Assembly (NCBI GenBank): GCA_002633005.1 | Contig: NMRA01001231.1 | Span: 1 to 37,212, forward strand | Source of the DNA: Phoronis australis | Taxonomy: Eukaryota > Animalia > Phoronida | Direction: 5' to 3' | Length of the DNA: 37,212 bases | Shown: positions 1 through 12,340 of the stretch, piece by piece | Layout: every line of letters begins with the position of its first letter | Numbering within the stretch: position 1 is the stretch's first letter | The notes under the pieces: generated by a model | The model's database searches: none | What the model saw: only the letters and a program-made list of their open reading frames with translations | Told to the model about the DNA's origin: nothing | Made by a program: the position numbers and the translations under genes

Positions 1-212
1 AGTTCGCAAAAAGTGCCAAAATGTAGCTGTAACGAGGCTTGGAATTGGCAGAAAAACAACACGTTCCCATAGCAACTACAAGGTGGCGCACGCAAAACAA
101 TTAATGTTGGTATGAAGGTTGGGGCATCAACCCCTACCATCATGCAAACAATCGAGGAAATCCGTGACATAGCCTTTATCACTTTTTGCCTGGTCCATTC
201 GTGGACGTGCTC
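1..212. mobile_element. Terminal part of a TTAA-flanked DNA element (Kolobok-like end, reverse complement GAGCACGTCCACGAATGGACC)
   Basis: Ends ...gtggacgtgctc|TTAA (213-216) exactly where homology to the inverted arm near 12340 begins. The other end is outside the window. Confidence 0.35.
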
Positions 213-216
213 TTAA

Positions 217-2186
217 ATCAATAGCCGAATGGGCAAGTCTGGCCTTCACGCTGCCAGAAGTTTTTGTCCCTTTCATCCTCGTTCAGGTAGCCTATCACAC
301 TTGAGGTACATGTATCTCTACAACATGTTGGATGTTCGGCAGTTGCTAGTAACTTATCACTTCTGATCTTGTTCAACCACTGGCCTTTGTCAAAAAATAT
401 TTTCATTCATGATCACCCAGTGTTTATTTCAGGTTACTGGAGTTCACTGCATATCATTAAAATGAACAACGCCTCAATATCTACATCAAACAAAATTCGT
501 TTTAATTCTAAGGATCTGACCCAACCCACTCTGCTCTTTACTGTGCATCGTATTGGGATGGGTGCTGGACTGGGCCCTTTCAGAACATTGAGCACTGTGT
601 GAGGTTACCAGGCAAAGCAATTTATACAAAATATTAAAAATGATTGTATATGTACATGCTATTGACGTCTTCTTGCAGTGTCGGCTGGACGCAACGACAT
701 TCCAAACGAAATTGTACTCGGGGCAGCCTTTGTTGTAACGGTGAAGGCATACACGACCTTTTGAAGACTCGACGTCATCAGGGGCAGGCAATTTTCCTTT
801 TGAACATTCCTACGCCATAACCTGCGCGACACAGAAAACGTTAAAACTGTATTATTTTTTACAATTCTCCGCCAAATGTTCCAGTTGCGTGATGACTTGA
901 TAACCTAGCATGTGTTTTTCATAAACCAGGTTTTATTTTTTACATGCCTTAAGTGTTCAATGGTTAGTTGGTTGTAGAACGTGTTAATTAATTATTAGAA
1001 TTGATTGTGTTTTGCTTGTTATTTACTTTGTCATCACAGCTCATTTATAGTCCGCAATTGTCACGAAGACAGGCAGTAGAGTACGTTTATGTTAATGCAG
1101 TAATGAAATTCTAGTGCTCAGCAAAATACCTATTGTTTTGTGAACGCAATATTTACATTTACAAAACCGTATTGTGTTTTTACAAACGTCACACATCTGT
1201 TGATATAATGTTAGTTCATTGTTTGTTTGATGAAGATGTTTATTGTTTTTTGAATTTTACTCTATTTATTTTGCTTGTTATTTATTTACACATTCCATTT
1301 GATTTACTCTTTTACAGTAGCACAACAATGAAGTTCTCCTTTGTTAAAACCGTATCGTTTTCTTGTGTTGAGAAAAATACGTAGTGTTTTGAGAAAACAA
1401 TATTTGTTTTTCGTGAAAGGGATTTGTTTTACATGCGTGTCATCTTTTGTTGGTATGATGTTCAAATGTTACTTGTTTGATGAACATGTTACTTGTTGTT
1501 AGAATTTACTTTTTGCTTGTTGTTCCTGTAGTTTTATGCTAATTTTTGTTTTTTATGTTGGCTTCGCTTAATTTCTTGATAGTTTTAACTTTAAAAGGTT
1601 TTTGCTAAATGGTTATTTGTAATTTGCTGTTTATAATGATATTCCTTCAACAGTTGCATCCACTGTTCCGTTAAATGTTGAAATAAAACTTTATGGAAAC
1701 ACCATTTTAGAGTGATTTTGCGAAGCTCTAGATTTCCTTAAGATATTCCGTATGACAGACACAGACAACACGTTGTACATGTAATGGAGGTGCCACCACT
1801 GAGCTATAACTATTGACGCTCATGGATATACGAAGCTTTATTCAGGGTGTGCTCAATTTCAGTCGATGTAAACAGTCGCATATAACGGCATCACAACTTT
1901 CCAAAAACGAACTGGAGATTGTCCGTTTTTCAAAAACAACCCACTTTTTTGCTTCTTCGATGACGGTTTTGCTTTTTAAGGTAACGGGTACCGCTAATTG
2001 ACAAAAATGATTTGTTTAAAGAAACTCGCTGTGTATGGAGCAAAATATATGAGGTTTGAGTTTCCGTTTTCGAAAGTGGGTCTGTTGAAAAGGCTGTCAC
2101 CACCGCGCACGGTCTGTTTACATGCAACGCTCGATTCTGCGAACTGCAACAAGCTTCAGATGTCAGCTCATCTCATTGATGAATTA
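217..2186 (+). repeat. Outer inverted-repeat arm A (~2 kb), homologous to 10356-12340 in opposite orientation
   Basis: Colinear reverse-complement matches throughout, e.g. ggcctttgtcaaaaaatattttcattcatgatcacc vs 12169-12204, and tgtcagctcatctcattgat vs 10363-10382. Diverged, with indels (roughly 75-85% identity by eye). Confidence 0.92.
830..2033. mobile_element. Possible non-autonomous EnSpm/CACTA-like element nested in arm A (counterpart 10508-11713)
   Basis: Bounded by CACAGAAAAC (830) and ...CGCTGTG (2033); internal degenerate ~230-255-bp T-rich repeats near 910, 1135 and 1390; no clean TSD. Confidence 0.35.
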
Positions 2187-2390
2187 GCAACTCAAGTCAC
2201 AAACCGTCTACGTGTAAATACACGCCAGTTTTGATTTCGCAATCTTAAGGTTGGTCAACTTCAATAAACTCTTGCACTTTTCCTTGAAACGCTGATAACG
2301 AAAAGAGAATTCCATCATGGTAGGCAATATAATGTGACCAGTTTTATCAAAGTAAATCACCTAATTAGATTTCGTTTTCAGCCTCCTTAA

Positions 2391-4956
2391 AGTCCTTCTC
2401 TCACGCGTTGTTACCCCTTATTACATGGTTAGAGGATGTTATAAGGATCCAAGAAGTACTTACCCCATAATTAATACAAGATCCGTACTCGAAAAAAGTT
2501 TAAATGAACGCGAAACTCGTGATTCGCACCCGAAGAACCACCGCCATTTTGAACTTGCCGCGACCCCGGAAGTACAATTCATTCAGGAACCCACGCCGAG
2601 AAAACGCGTCAGTTCGACTGGAGCAGTGCCTGTACTGATACCAGCCAGCAAACGGGGATAAAATAATCGACAGCGCGCCTTAATTTTAATAAAATCAAAC
2701 TACGGACAATTTTATCGAATTTGCTGAAGAAATGTGGCCAATAAATTTTGACTGAAATTATTTTGCCAGACTCGGGACCGCAGCTTATCGGACCCGGTAC
2801 GGATCGGGAGCAGACACTGGCGAACGGTAAATGCATGCGGTTGCAAGCTCTTTTGTCGAAGGAAAATGGTCAAATCATAAATGCTGCATACATTCAAGTG
2901 TAGGTTCAGCCACTTGCATGAAATTACGGGCTGGTTAGTCCTGTGTCACACTGCCGCGGTAGACCTTAGTTAGCCTGAGTCACCAGCTACCAGTGAGGAC
3001 TATCGTCAAAATACAGCTTGTTAGTAGGCCTATACAGCTTTGCGCCAAGGCTACCCTTAGGCCTAACTGGTCGTTGGCCACAGCGCTCGCTCAAATTAGG
3101 TTTATTTAGAACTTGAGTACTTCTGGCGAACTGTGCAAAGTTGTTGGCTTTCAATAGAGATTTTCCCAGACTTTGTATGAGTGCACCAAGCCTAAAACAA
3201 TGCGCGGGGGGCTGGAATTTTTGGGAATGTCTTTTACTATAAGATTCAGTGGGTATGTTCAGAGCCATGAATTGCAGACGCTAAATTTTGGCACTTCCTG
3301 TCTTGTAGTGGATTATTGTCTCGTTTTCTACTTTTTCGGAATTCGTGCTTCTATGACTGAGGCAGATCTTTTTCAAGTTCTCCAAAAAGGGGGCTCGTCC
3401 GAGCACACAAGTATGACAAGTCCAATACAACATGTTATCATTTTTTATTCATTAACCCAAAATGATTCAAACTTTTAACTTAATAAGTAACTTAAAATGC
3501 ACAATACTTTACAACATTTAGCATTACAAACACTATTCAACAGCAACAGTTTCAATGATATGAAAGTGGACATACATGTAACAATTACCATGGTGACGGA
3601 ATAGTGTTTCCTTACACCAGAATTTGACAAGCATCATTTAAAAAAATAGGAAGTTGCAAGGAAGAAGAATTGGAGGCTTGAAGCTTCACAATCCAACATA
3701 GTTTTAATTATTTCTCAAATTAAGATTATTCATATTGTTGACTTGATAACCTGAATTAAGAAGCAATAAGTTGCAAAACATTACTTGAAAGCAAATGAGA
3801 CTTAAAATTTAGAAAAGTATGAATCATTTTGTGACACCGAATCAAGTCTTGAACAGCAGTTGACAGTCAAACAAAAAAACATTTCAAAATTATTTCAACT
3901 ATTTTCTTAGCTTAGTGTAAGATCACCTGAATGGGAAATTTACAGTAAAATAATTCGAATATATCTTATATTTTTGCACAAAAACACGAAAATTGAACAA
4001 AGTTTCTTTTTTGTAGCAACGTTTGTCGAAATGTATCAACGTTAAATCTTCACAAATTACAAACTAGCCGATTGAACATGCCTTTCAGTTCAGCAAAAGT
4101 CGCCATGTTGTCGGTGCCGCCAGAAATGAGACGAAGTCCAACAGGAATTGTGAGCACATTTATCACTTAATGATTAACAACTGCGAGGCTGTCATTTGGT
4201 GAACACTGTTAAATCGTGCAGAATAGTAAGTAAAGATATGTCTAACTAAATTTCACCGTAATTTGTTGGCGAAAACAATTTACACAAAGTTTTAACTCGT
4301 AACTTATCCCGCTGTCCTCCAATATGGCCGACGCGATCCAAACAAAGTGACCCAAATTAGGCCACAAAACTTGCAATAACTGTACACTGCTTGCCCCGAT
4401 TTTGATACTTTTTCGATTTTTACTGAGTAGATGGTACTACCTTTCCGATGATAGCAAAGTACTTTTTCAAAACGAGAAAAAAAATAAAACTGAAAAAAAT
4501 TGGTTGGACCCATATTGATTCCTAGGTTCGACCGGCCTACTTAAGGAACTAAACACCAATGCTATTTTAACATACTAAGTACGCGTAACATTCCAAAAAA
4601 ATCAACGACCAGTAACTACAAACTATAAATACACTGCATATGCAAACGAATCACGAGATATTACTAATAAAACAAAATAATGAAGACTTTTCGAGCAAGC
4701 CATAGCACATTCAGTTATAAGGAAAAAATGGCGGCGTTCAGGACAAATTCCTGAACTGATGAGCCGGAAATGTGCGTACGGAAATAACCGATGACAGCCG
4801 GTAATTATACGCTCACAGAGAAGGGTCAAATACTGTTAAAAATCGCTTTTGGCAAGAAAGGCGAAAAGAATATAAAGAAAGGGTGTCAAAAATAAGATTT
4901 TATGTCGTAAGTATTTTCGGATACTGGAACCACATGCGCAGTTTGAGAGAAGGACT
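2391..4956 (+). mobile_element. Complete non-autonomous Kolobok-like DNA transposon (2566 bp)
   Basis: TTAA on both sides (2387-2390, 4957-4960); perfect 13-bp TIR AGTCCTTCTCTCA / TGAGAGAAGGACT. Purine-purine terminus plus TTAA fits Kolobok rather than piggyBac. Two further copies lie in the window. Confidence 0.8.
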
Positions 4957-4981
4957 TTAACATAGTAGATGCATTGGTTAA

Positions 4982-7318
4982 AGTCCAGGGCCCGGTTTCC
5001 AATCTCCGTTCTCAGACTCATACTCATACTCGAGATTCCATACTCAAAATCGTGCTCACTGGAGTCGTACTCAAAAAAGCGTATCTAATGACGTATTTCG
5101 AGTAGACTCCAAACGTACTCAAATCTTACAGTCATACTCGAGTTGCTATGGAACTCTTTATGATGTGAAATGCAAAATCACGCAAAGCCGCGCTGATTCA
5201 TCGCTCCCTATTGGAATAGACCACCCCAAGAACTAGGCCTATATTATCGTCTGCTGTCGCTACAACTACAAGAGTATGTCTATAACGTGGAATTCTGAGT
5301 GTTCTGTAACTGTTATTCATTTTTTAGTTTCAATATATATTCTTATGACATTTCTTTGATACGTTTGGCAATTATTACGCTTTACTTCTTGAGTTCCTCA
5401 CCCAGTCCCGAAAATGTCTTAAGAAATATGTAACAGCTTATCATATCACATCTCTGTTGCTAATTTAGTCTTGACATAAAACCCATTGCTGAGTAGGCCT
5501 ACGCTGATGTCAAACTTTGATACTGCATCTTTGTATTTTACGGGATGTATCAAGTGACTTGACATTTGGCACGTGAGTTAAAAAACAATACTTGTGCAGG
5601 CATTCAGAGTTCACCAGTGGCAGTGAACGGGACGAGACGTCTACTTAGAAATCGGCAAACAAAATCTGGAATTCCATTTGAGGATTGAGGAATTATAGAT
5701 GACTAAGTTATGATGAGAAATCTACCATACAGGGAAGCAAACTGTTTTTAACTTCCCTCCCCTCCTCGTCTTTTGAAAACCCTACAAAACGTAGGCACAC
5801 ATACCGAAATAAGGGCATCACAAACTTCTCACACGACTTTTCCCACAACTGCTTTCGACGCTTGTTGTGACTCGCCGACAAGGGATTACAGTGCGCCTGT
5901 TGCCAGGAATTGTAGAGGTAGAATGGCGGACATAACATACAGTGATACGGCAGGTTAATAAGGTCAAGAATAAGAAGATTTAAGATGAAAACTATTATCT
6001 CTGAACTGAAATTGAAGTGCTGAGATACGGTAAGAGGACTTATTGCTTTAGATTTGCTGTGTTTCTTGGTTCCCTTTCGATATTTTGTTCTCTGGCTCGT
6101 ACATTTATTTATTTTCCAGTACGATTTCAAGCACACTGCCATACCAAACTTGAAATTTGAGAATAGACTCGGAATTTTTACTCAAAATCGTACTCGAAAT
6201 ATAGATGAGATACACTTCAGTTCGAGTACACTCGAAAACTGAATACGTGCTCGAAATTTCGAGTACAGATTTTTCGAGTATGACATTGCATACACCAAAG
6301 CTAGTCTGTACTCGAGTTGAGTATGAAGTGTGAGTTTGAGCATGATTCGAGTCTGAGTACGGAGATTGGAGACCGGGCCCTAGTCTCATAATGCCCATGT
6401 GGTTCCAGTATCCGAAAATACTTCTTAAATAAAATCTTATTTTCGACTCCCATTCTTTATATTCTTTCCGCCTTTCTTGCCAAAAGCGATTTTTAATAGT
6501 ATTTGACCCTTCTCTGTAAGCGTACATGTATAATTAGCGGCAGTTATCGGTTTTGTACCCACATTTCCGTCCTATCAGTTCAGGAACATGTCCTCAACGC
6601 CTCCATTTTTTCCTTTTAACTGAATGTGCTATCGCTTGCTCGAAAAGTCCTCATTACTCAGTTTTATTAGTGATATCTCGTGATTCGTTTGTATGCGTAG
6701 TGTATTTATAGTTTGTAGTTAGTGGTCGTTGAATACTTTTGTTTAATGTGTTAAAATAGCATTGGTGTTTAGTTTCTGTTATGTTCGGCGGTTGAACCAG
6801 TATGAGTCGAACCAAATTTCTTTCGTTTTGAATTATTTTTTTCGTTTTGAAAAAGTACTTTGCTGTCATCGGAAAGGTAGTGCACTTTACTCAGTTAAAA
6901 TCGAAAATCTATCAAACTCGAGGAAAGCAGTACAAAATTATTACATTTTTTGTGGCGAAATTTCGGTCACTGTGTTTGGATCGCGTCGGCCATATTGGAG
7001 GACAGCAGGATACGTTACAAGTTTAAAACTTTGTGTAAATTGTTTTTGCCAACAATTTACGGTAAAATTTAATGAGACATATTTTTAAGTACTATTCAGC
7101 ACGATTCAACAGTTTTCACTAAATTTCAGCGTCGCAGTTGTTACTTATTGAATGATAAATATGCTCACAAATCCCGTTGGACTTCATCTCATTTATGGTG
7201 GCACCGACAACATGGCGACTTTTGCTGAACTGGAAGGCATGTTCAACCTGTTACTTTGTAACTTGTGAAGATTTAACGTTGACACGTTTTGACAAACGTT
7301 GGTACAAAAAAGGAAATG
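4982..7318 (-). mobile_element. Truncated inverted copy of the same Kolobok-like family (right end only), interrupted in its TIR by 4989-6379
   Basis: TTAA (4978-4981) + AGTC..[insert]..GTCTCATAATGCCCATGTGGTTCCAG; 6383-7318 is the reverse complement of ~4000-4950. Confidence 0.8.
4989..6379. mobile_element. Non-autonomous PIF/Harbinger-like element (1391 bp)
   Basis: 31-bp TIR GGCCCGGT(T/C)TCCAATCTCCGT(T/A)CTCAGACTC (29/31 match); subterminal TACTCGA-type repeats; 3-bp flanks CAG/CTA replace the CTG of the host TIR (CWG-like target). Confidence 0.6.
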
Positions 7319-7593
7319 GTTCTTGAAAGAACCGTTGAATAATTCAACATAAATCACACAGTATACCATGCTCACTCAAGTACTGAAGGTCCTCTTCATT
7401 CAAGTTTTCATCTGGGAAGGTTGGATGAAAACACAGGAGATGACAATATCGATGACAGTTGTAACACTTTATATAAATGTTACCGTTCTCCAACGTTATA
7501 ACGAACGCTGCCTTTTTCAGTTCTTGTTCCTGGATTCAGAAGTAGCCCTGAACCACAGGGAAAAAAGACATACTACGAAAACGAAACAAAAGA

Positions 7594-8201
7594 AAGGGTG
7601 ATCAGTATCTCTCCCACGACTTTGAAAATGAGATTCTTGATTTGATGGTGTCACTTGTTATAAGGGATTTGGAGACAGACATTGGGGATGGGTTCTTTTG
7701 CGGCGAATTTACCGACATTAGCAACAGTTTTCCATGTGCATTCATTCGGTGGACAATCAACTTGAATGTCATGAAGATTTTGTAAGGTTTTTTTTACCTA
7801 CCAGATATTGCTGCTGGAACAATATCGCATGCGTTTTAAATGTAGATTGCTAGTACTTAAACTATCACTGACCAAATGCCAAGGACAGACGTGTCGCGAA
7901 GACTATACAACAAGAACGGCCGAAAGCATTCCCTACTCATAATCATAGCCACTCGCTCATTTTAGGCGTTAAAAACGTATCCAAAAAATGTTGTCTAACA
8001 CAAAAATCAGAGGGAATAATTAAAGAAATCCTGACTTCAGTCAAGTGTTCTGCGAAATGTGAACAACTATTTGGGGAAATTAAAGACAACGTCGAGGATG
8101 ACGAGGACAATCTCTCACCCACCGGACTCTTGAAACTCTGTCCAGCGAGATGGACAATTAAAGCCTTATGCTACAAGCGCGTGTTGGAAAATTATCCGGC
8201 C
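7594..8201 (+). pseudogene. Decayed hAT-superfamily transposase fragment (ZMYM1/ZNF862-like type)
   Basis: Stitching frames gives KGDQYLSHDFENEILDLM...FTDISN / FSMCIHSVDNQLECHEDFV / LKLSLTKCQGQ / VAKTIQQERPKAFPTHNHSHSLILGVK...EQLFGEIKDN...LLKLCPARWTIKALCYKRVLENY. These are recognisable hAT motifs (IQNE-like, CxGQxYD-like, HCxxHxLxL-like, TRW-like) with several frameshifts and stops. Confidence 0.78.
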
Positions 8202-8366
8202 TCTTACTATGTAACCACCTGCTACAATTAATGTCGATGGAGTGTTTCTTGGTGTCTTTGCATCTCGTGGTTCTACAGACTACTGAAGTGGAAAAACTTA
8301 ATCACCACTTTGTCACATGTTACACCTGATGATAAAGGCCGGTACCGTGGGCGCTACCAGCGGCAA

Positions 8367-8411
8367 AATTAAGTAAGTCTTCAGATAGCCAGCTTGTTGT
8401 GGACTGTAATG

Positions 8412-8450
<39 letters not shown>

Positions 8451-8709
8451 ATATATATGTGTGTATATTGACATATATATATATATATTCACCTGTATAT
8501 ATATGTGTGTGTATATTGATATATATATATATGTATGTATATACATATACAGGTGTATACTAAGTTGCAGAAAATCATTTATGGTTTGAAATATTCGTTG
8601 AAACATGTGCAGCGGTTCATTCGATTTCAATGAGTTTCGTACTCAATGAATCAAACAGTAAAAACATTACAGTCCACAACAAGCTGGCTATCGGAAGACT
8701 TACTTAATT
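8367..8709. repeat. 45-bp inverted repeat pair enclosing a (TA)n/(TATG)n microsatellite (MITE-like)
   Basis: 8367-8411 aattaagtaagtcttcagatagccagcttgttgtggactgtaatg vs the reverse complement at 8665-8709 (44/45); microsatellite ~8414-8550. Confidence 0.8.
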
Positions 8710-10355
8710 GTGTCAGGTTCTTTTGGGGACGCTATAAACAAAGCAATTGACTAAGCCCGATTTCCTACATGTTGATTAAAAGTAGCATGGCATAAAAATA
8801 GTCGTCCTACCACCGTGCGTCGGAATTTTCATCAACTGAATGTTTTTAATTTTTAGACCAGTAAAACTGCTTTTTCACAAGTGACACCTTCAATCATTGT
8901 TTTAGGTAACCCGAATGATGAGCTTAAGGCAAAATTCGGATGCCGTAGATGCGAAATTCGAATTTACTCCATCACGAAAACGTATAGGCACAAACGTCTA
9001 CATTCCCGCATTATGCGGCATTAAATGCCTGTATTTACACAACTATACCGAATATATATGTACATGTATGTTTGTATCTATATATAGATTGCGTGTGAGT
9101 ATGTGTATGAGTGTACTATGTTTGACTCCCAGGTATAATGCTTCCTATGGCTTTTTGGGCTTAATTCTTAGTATTTACATAGTAGCACAACATCTGATAT
9201 TTCTTGACGTCATTGAAGTGCTTAAAGTCTAGAATTGTATCAAATTACCAAAACAATCCGCATCAGCAGTCCAATTTTATCACCTGCAAAAACTATCCCT
9301 GTTTTGTTTATTTCAACCAATTTTCGTTCTATCACCTGCGAATGTATCCTTGGCGTCCCACATGAGTAGTAAGAGCATTATACTCCCCGTTTCCTAGATG
9401 AAATATTACGGATCCTATGAATGTTTTTCTCATAAGTACATGTAAGTCGTCTAAAACGTCAGTCAAGCTTGCCGAAGTTGTCATTACTGAGTTCTCAAAT
9501 TTATTTCTAAACTGTTGAGGGTTGCCGATAACTACAGAGAATTATTTTGTTTCTGAATCAGGGATTGGAAAGTCATTTTAATACCTGTTATGCCAAAATC
9601 AAGTTTAGTTTTCTTTTCAACTCTCAGATCTCTAAGAATTAGGATTTTTTGGTCGATACATATCACGCAGAATAGACACAGCCAATTACATCATTATTCA
9701 TCATGCACTGTCTTTAGCAAGATAAGTCGTGCGATACTGCTGCTCGTTTTCAATTGTATTATGGCTAGCATGTGTTAAACAATGGCACTGCGTGTGTGGT
9801 GGTTGTGACAACTCAGTAACTGATCAAGCTTAGGCTCTATTCACTTTCAGGACACGGGAGAAGCGCATACATGGTACGGCATTAAAAAAAGCTCGCTTTT
9901 TGGTGGACATGTCACAAACGTGCTGGATACGTTCTTTCGTCACATCCAAGTCCGTGGAGGTCAGACACTTTCAATTGAAGCAAATTCCTTCTATTATTTC
10001 GTTTTTGCGATATTGAATTCAGGGTAGTGGTATGCAATGATATAAAAGAAGGTTCGATGTTGCTCACAATGTAGTCACTCGACAGAACACACTATAATTA
10101 AAATGGTGACCTCTTGAAATAACTAACCAGGTAGCGATTGTCAACTCAAGGACTTAAATAGTTTCAGAATCTAGTCGAATCAAATGTGCTCATGTCATTC
10201 ATAATACTTTGACATTGTCATGTTCAAGTTAGGCAAAATGTCCGGTCTGAAATGTACATGTACATTGCCAGGAAAAATCCCTTTGAAACGATTCCATGGA
10301 TAGCTGATCCATTCGGCAGAGTAGATTTGCATTATGTAAACACTTACGGGACATT

Positions 10356-12340
10356 TAATTCGATCAATGAGACGAGCTGACAGCTGCAGCTTGTTGCAGC
10401 TCGCTGCATCGAGGATTGTACGTAAACAGACCGTTCGTGTTGGTGACAGCCTTTCTAACAGAGGCTTCCCAAAAAGGAAACTCAAACCTCATAGATTTTG
10501 CTACAAACACAGCGAAAATTTTTAAACAAAGCATTTTTGTTAACTAGCGATACCCCCAATATTAAGCAGGAAAATCATCAGCTAACACCTTTAAAATCCT
10601 GCGAGGAAGTCAAAAAGTGGCCGATTTCGGAAAGTTATGGTGCCGTCATGCGACTGTATATATTGACTGAAATTGAGCACAGTTTTAATAAAGTTTCATT
10701 GTATCCATGAGCTTCAACAGTTATACAGATCAGTGTTCGTACCTCAGTTAAATATTCAACGTATTGTCTGGGTGTGTTATACGCAATATCTCTATGAAAT
10801 CTAAAGCTTCGCAAAACCACTTTAAAATGGTGTTTCCATATACTTTTATTACAACACATTAACATAACAGTGGGTGCAACACTTGAAGGAATATCAGCAT
10901 AAACAGCAAATTACAAGAAACAATCCAGTAAAAGTTCTAACAATAGAATTTCAAGCCAAGCCAACTTAATGAAAAAAACAAGAATTACCCGAAAAACTAG
11001 AAGAACAACAAGCAAAACACTTAGAGTAAATTGTAATAACAATTAAACATGTTCATCAAACAAGCAACATTTGAACATCATACTAACAAAATACAACACG
11101 AATGTGTAAATCAAAACCCGTTCACGAAAAACAAATGTTAGGTTCTCAAAACACTATATATTTTTCTTAACACCAGAAAACGATGCGGTTTTATTAAAGG
11201 AGTATTTCATTGTTGTGTTACTGTAATACTGTAAATCAAATTGAATGTGTAAATGAATAACAAACGAAATAAACAGAGTAAGTCTCGAAATCAAAAACAT
11301 CTTCATCAAACAAACAATAAACGAACATTATATCAACAAAAAAACACGTTGTATGTAAAACCACAATACGGTTCACTAAAAGTAAATATTAGTTCACAAA
11401 ACAGTAGGTATTTTGCTGAGCACTAGAATATAATACTGCCTTAACATAAACGTACTTTACTGTCTGTCTTCGTGACAGTTGCAGACTATAAATGAGTTGT
11501 AATGACCAAATAAATAACAAGCAAAACACAATCAATTTTAATAATTAACACGTTTACCAATGAAGTACCAATTGAACATCAGGCACCTAATAAATAAAGC
11601 CTGGTTCATAAAAAACACATGCTAAGTTATCAATTGATCACGCAACTGGAACATTTAGCGGACAATTGTAAAAAATAATACCGTTTTAACTTTGGGGTAC
11701 ATTGTTTTCTGTCTTCACAATGGTAATGGCGTAGGAAATCAGCAGGAATGTTCAAAATAAAAAATGGCGCAGAACCTGCCTCTGATGACGTCAAACCTTT
11801 AAAAGGTCGTGTAGGTCTTCGCCATCACGACAAAGGCTGCCCCGAGTACAATTTTGTTTGGAATGTCATGGCGTCCAGCCGACACTGCAAGAAAACGTTA
11901 ATGGCGTGTTTATGTACAATTATTAAGATTTTGACTAAATTACCTGGAACCAGGACAACGTTAGAAAAACTTTGCCAGGTAAACCTCACACTGTGCTCAA
12001 TATTCTGAAAGGGCCTCAGTCCTGCCAACATCTTAATACGATGCACATTAAAGAGCAGGGTGGGTTGGGTCAGCACCTTAAAAAAACGAATTCTGTTTGA
12101 TGTAGATATTGGGGCGTTGTTCATTTTAATGACATGCAGTGGACTCCAGTAAACTGAAATTAACACAGGGTGATCATGAATGAAAATATTTTTGACAAAG
12201 GCCAGTAGTTGAGTGATAAGGGACTGGAAACTGTCCAACTTTCAACATATTGTGGAGACACCTCATGTTTGATATGGGACCTGAACAAGGATGAAAGGAC
12301 GAAAGGTTTTGGAAGCGTGTAGGCACATTTAGCTATCGAT
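10356..12340 (-). repeat. Outer inverted-repeat arm A' (inverted copy of 217-2186)
   Basis: See arm A. Confidence 0.92.

Noticed and set aside
4757-4790. CTGATGAG...GAAA hammerhead-like core (also 28247 and 36774)
   Set aside because: Stem II cannot close before GAAA and no stems I/III were found; the 36774 site lacks GAAA.
5708-6142. 144-aa minus ORF with NFS...KQLWEK, reminiscent of a Harbinger Myb/SANT protein
   Set aside because: Motif spacing is much longer than in Myb/SANT-like domains and nothing else supports it; needs an HMM search.
9628-9778. Plus-strand acceptor followed by a hydrophobic C-terminus (RAILLLVFNCIMASMC*)
   Set aside because: Wrong strand and phase for the Ig gene, and no partner exons seen.
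217-12340. A single giant foldback transposon
   Set aside because: The inner arms are separately TSD/TIR-bounded Kolobok-like copies, the regions between inner and outer arms are not homologous, and the symmetry centres differ.
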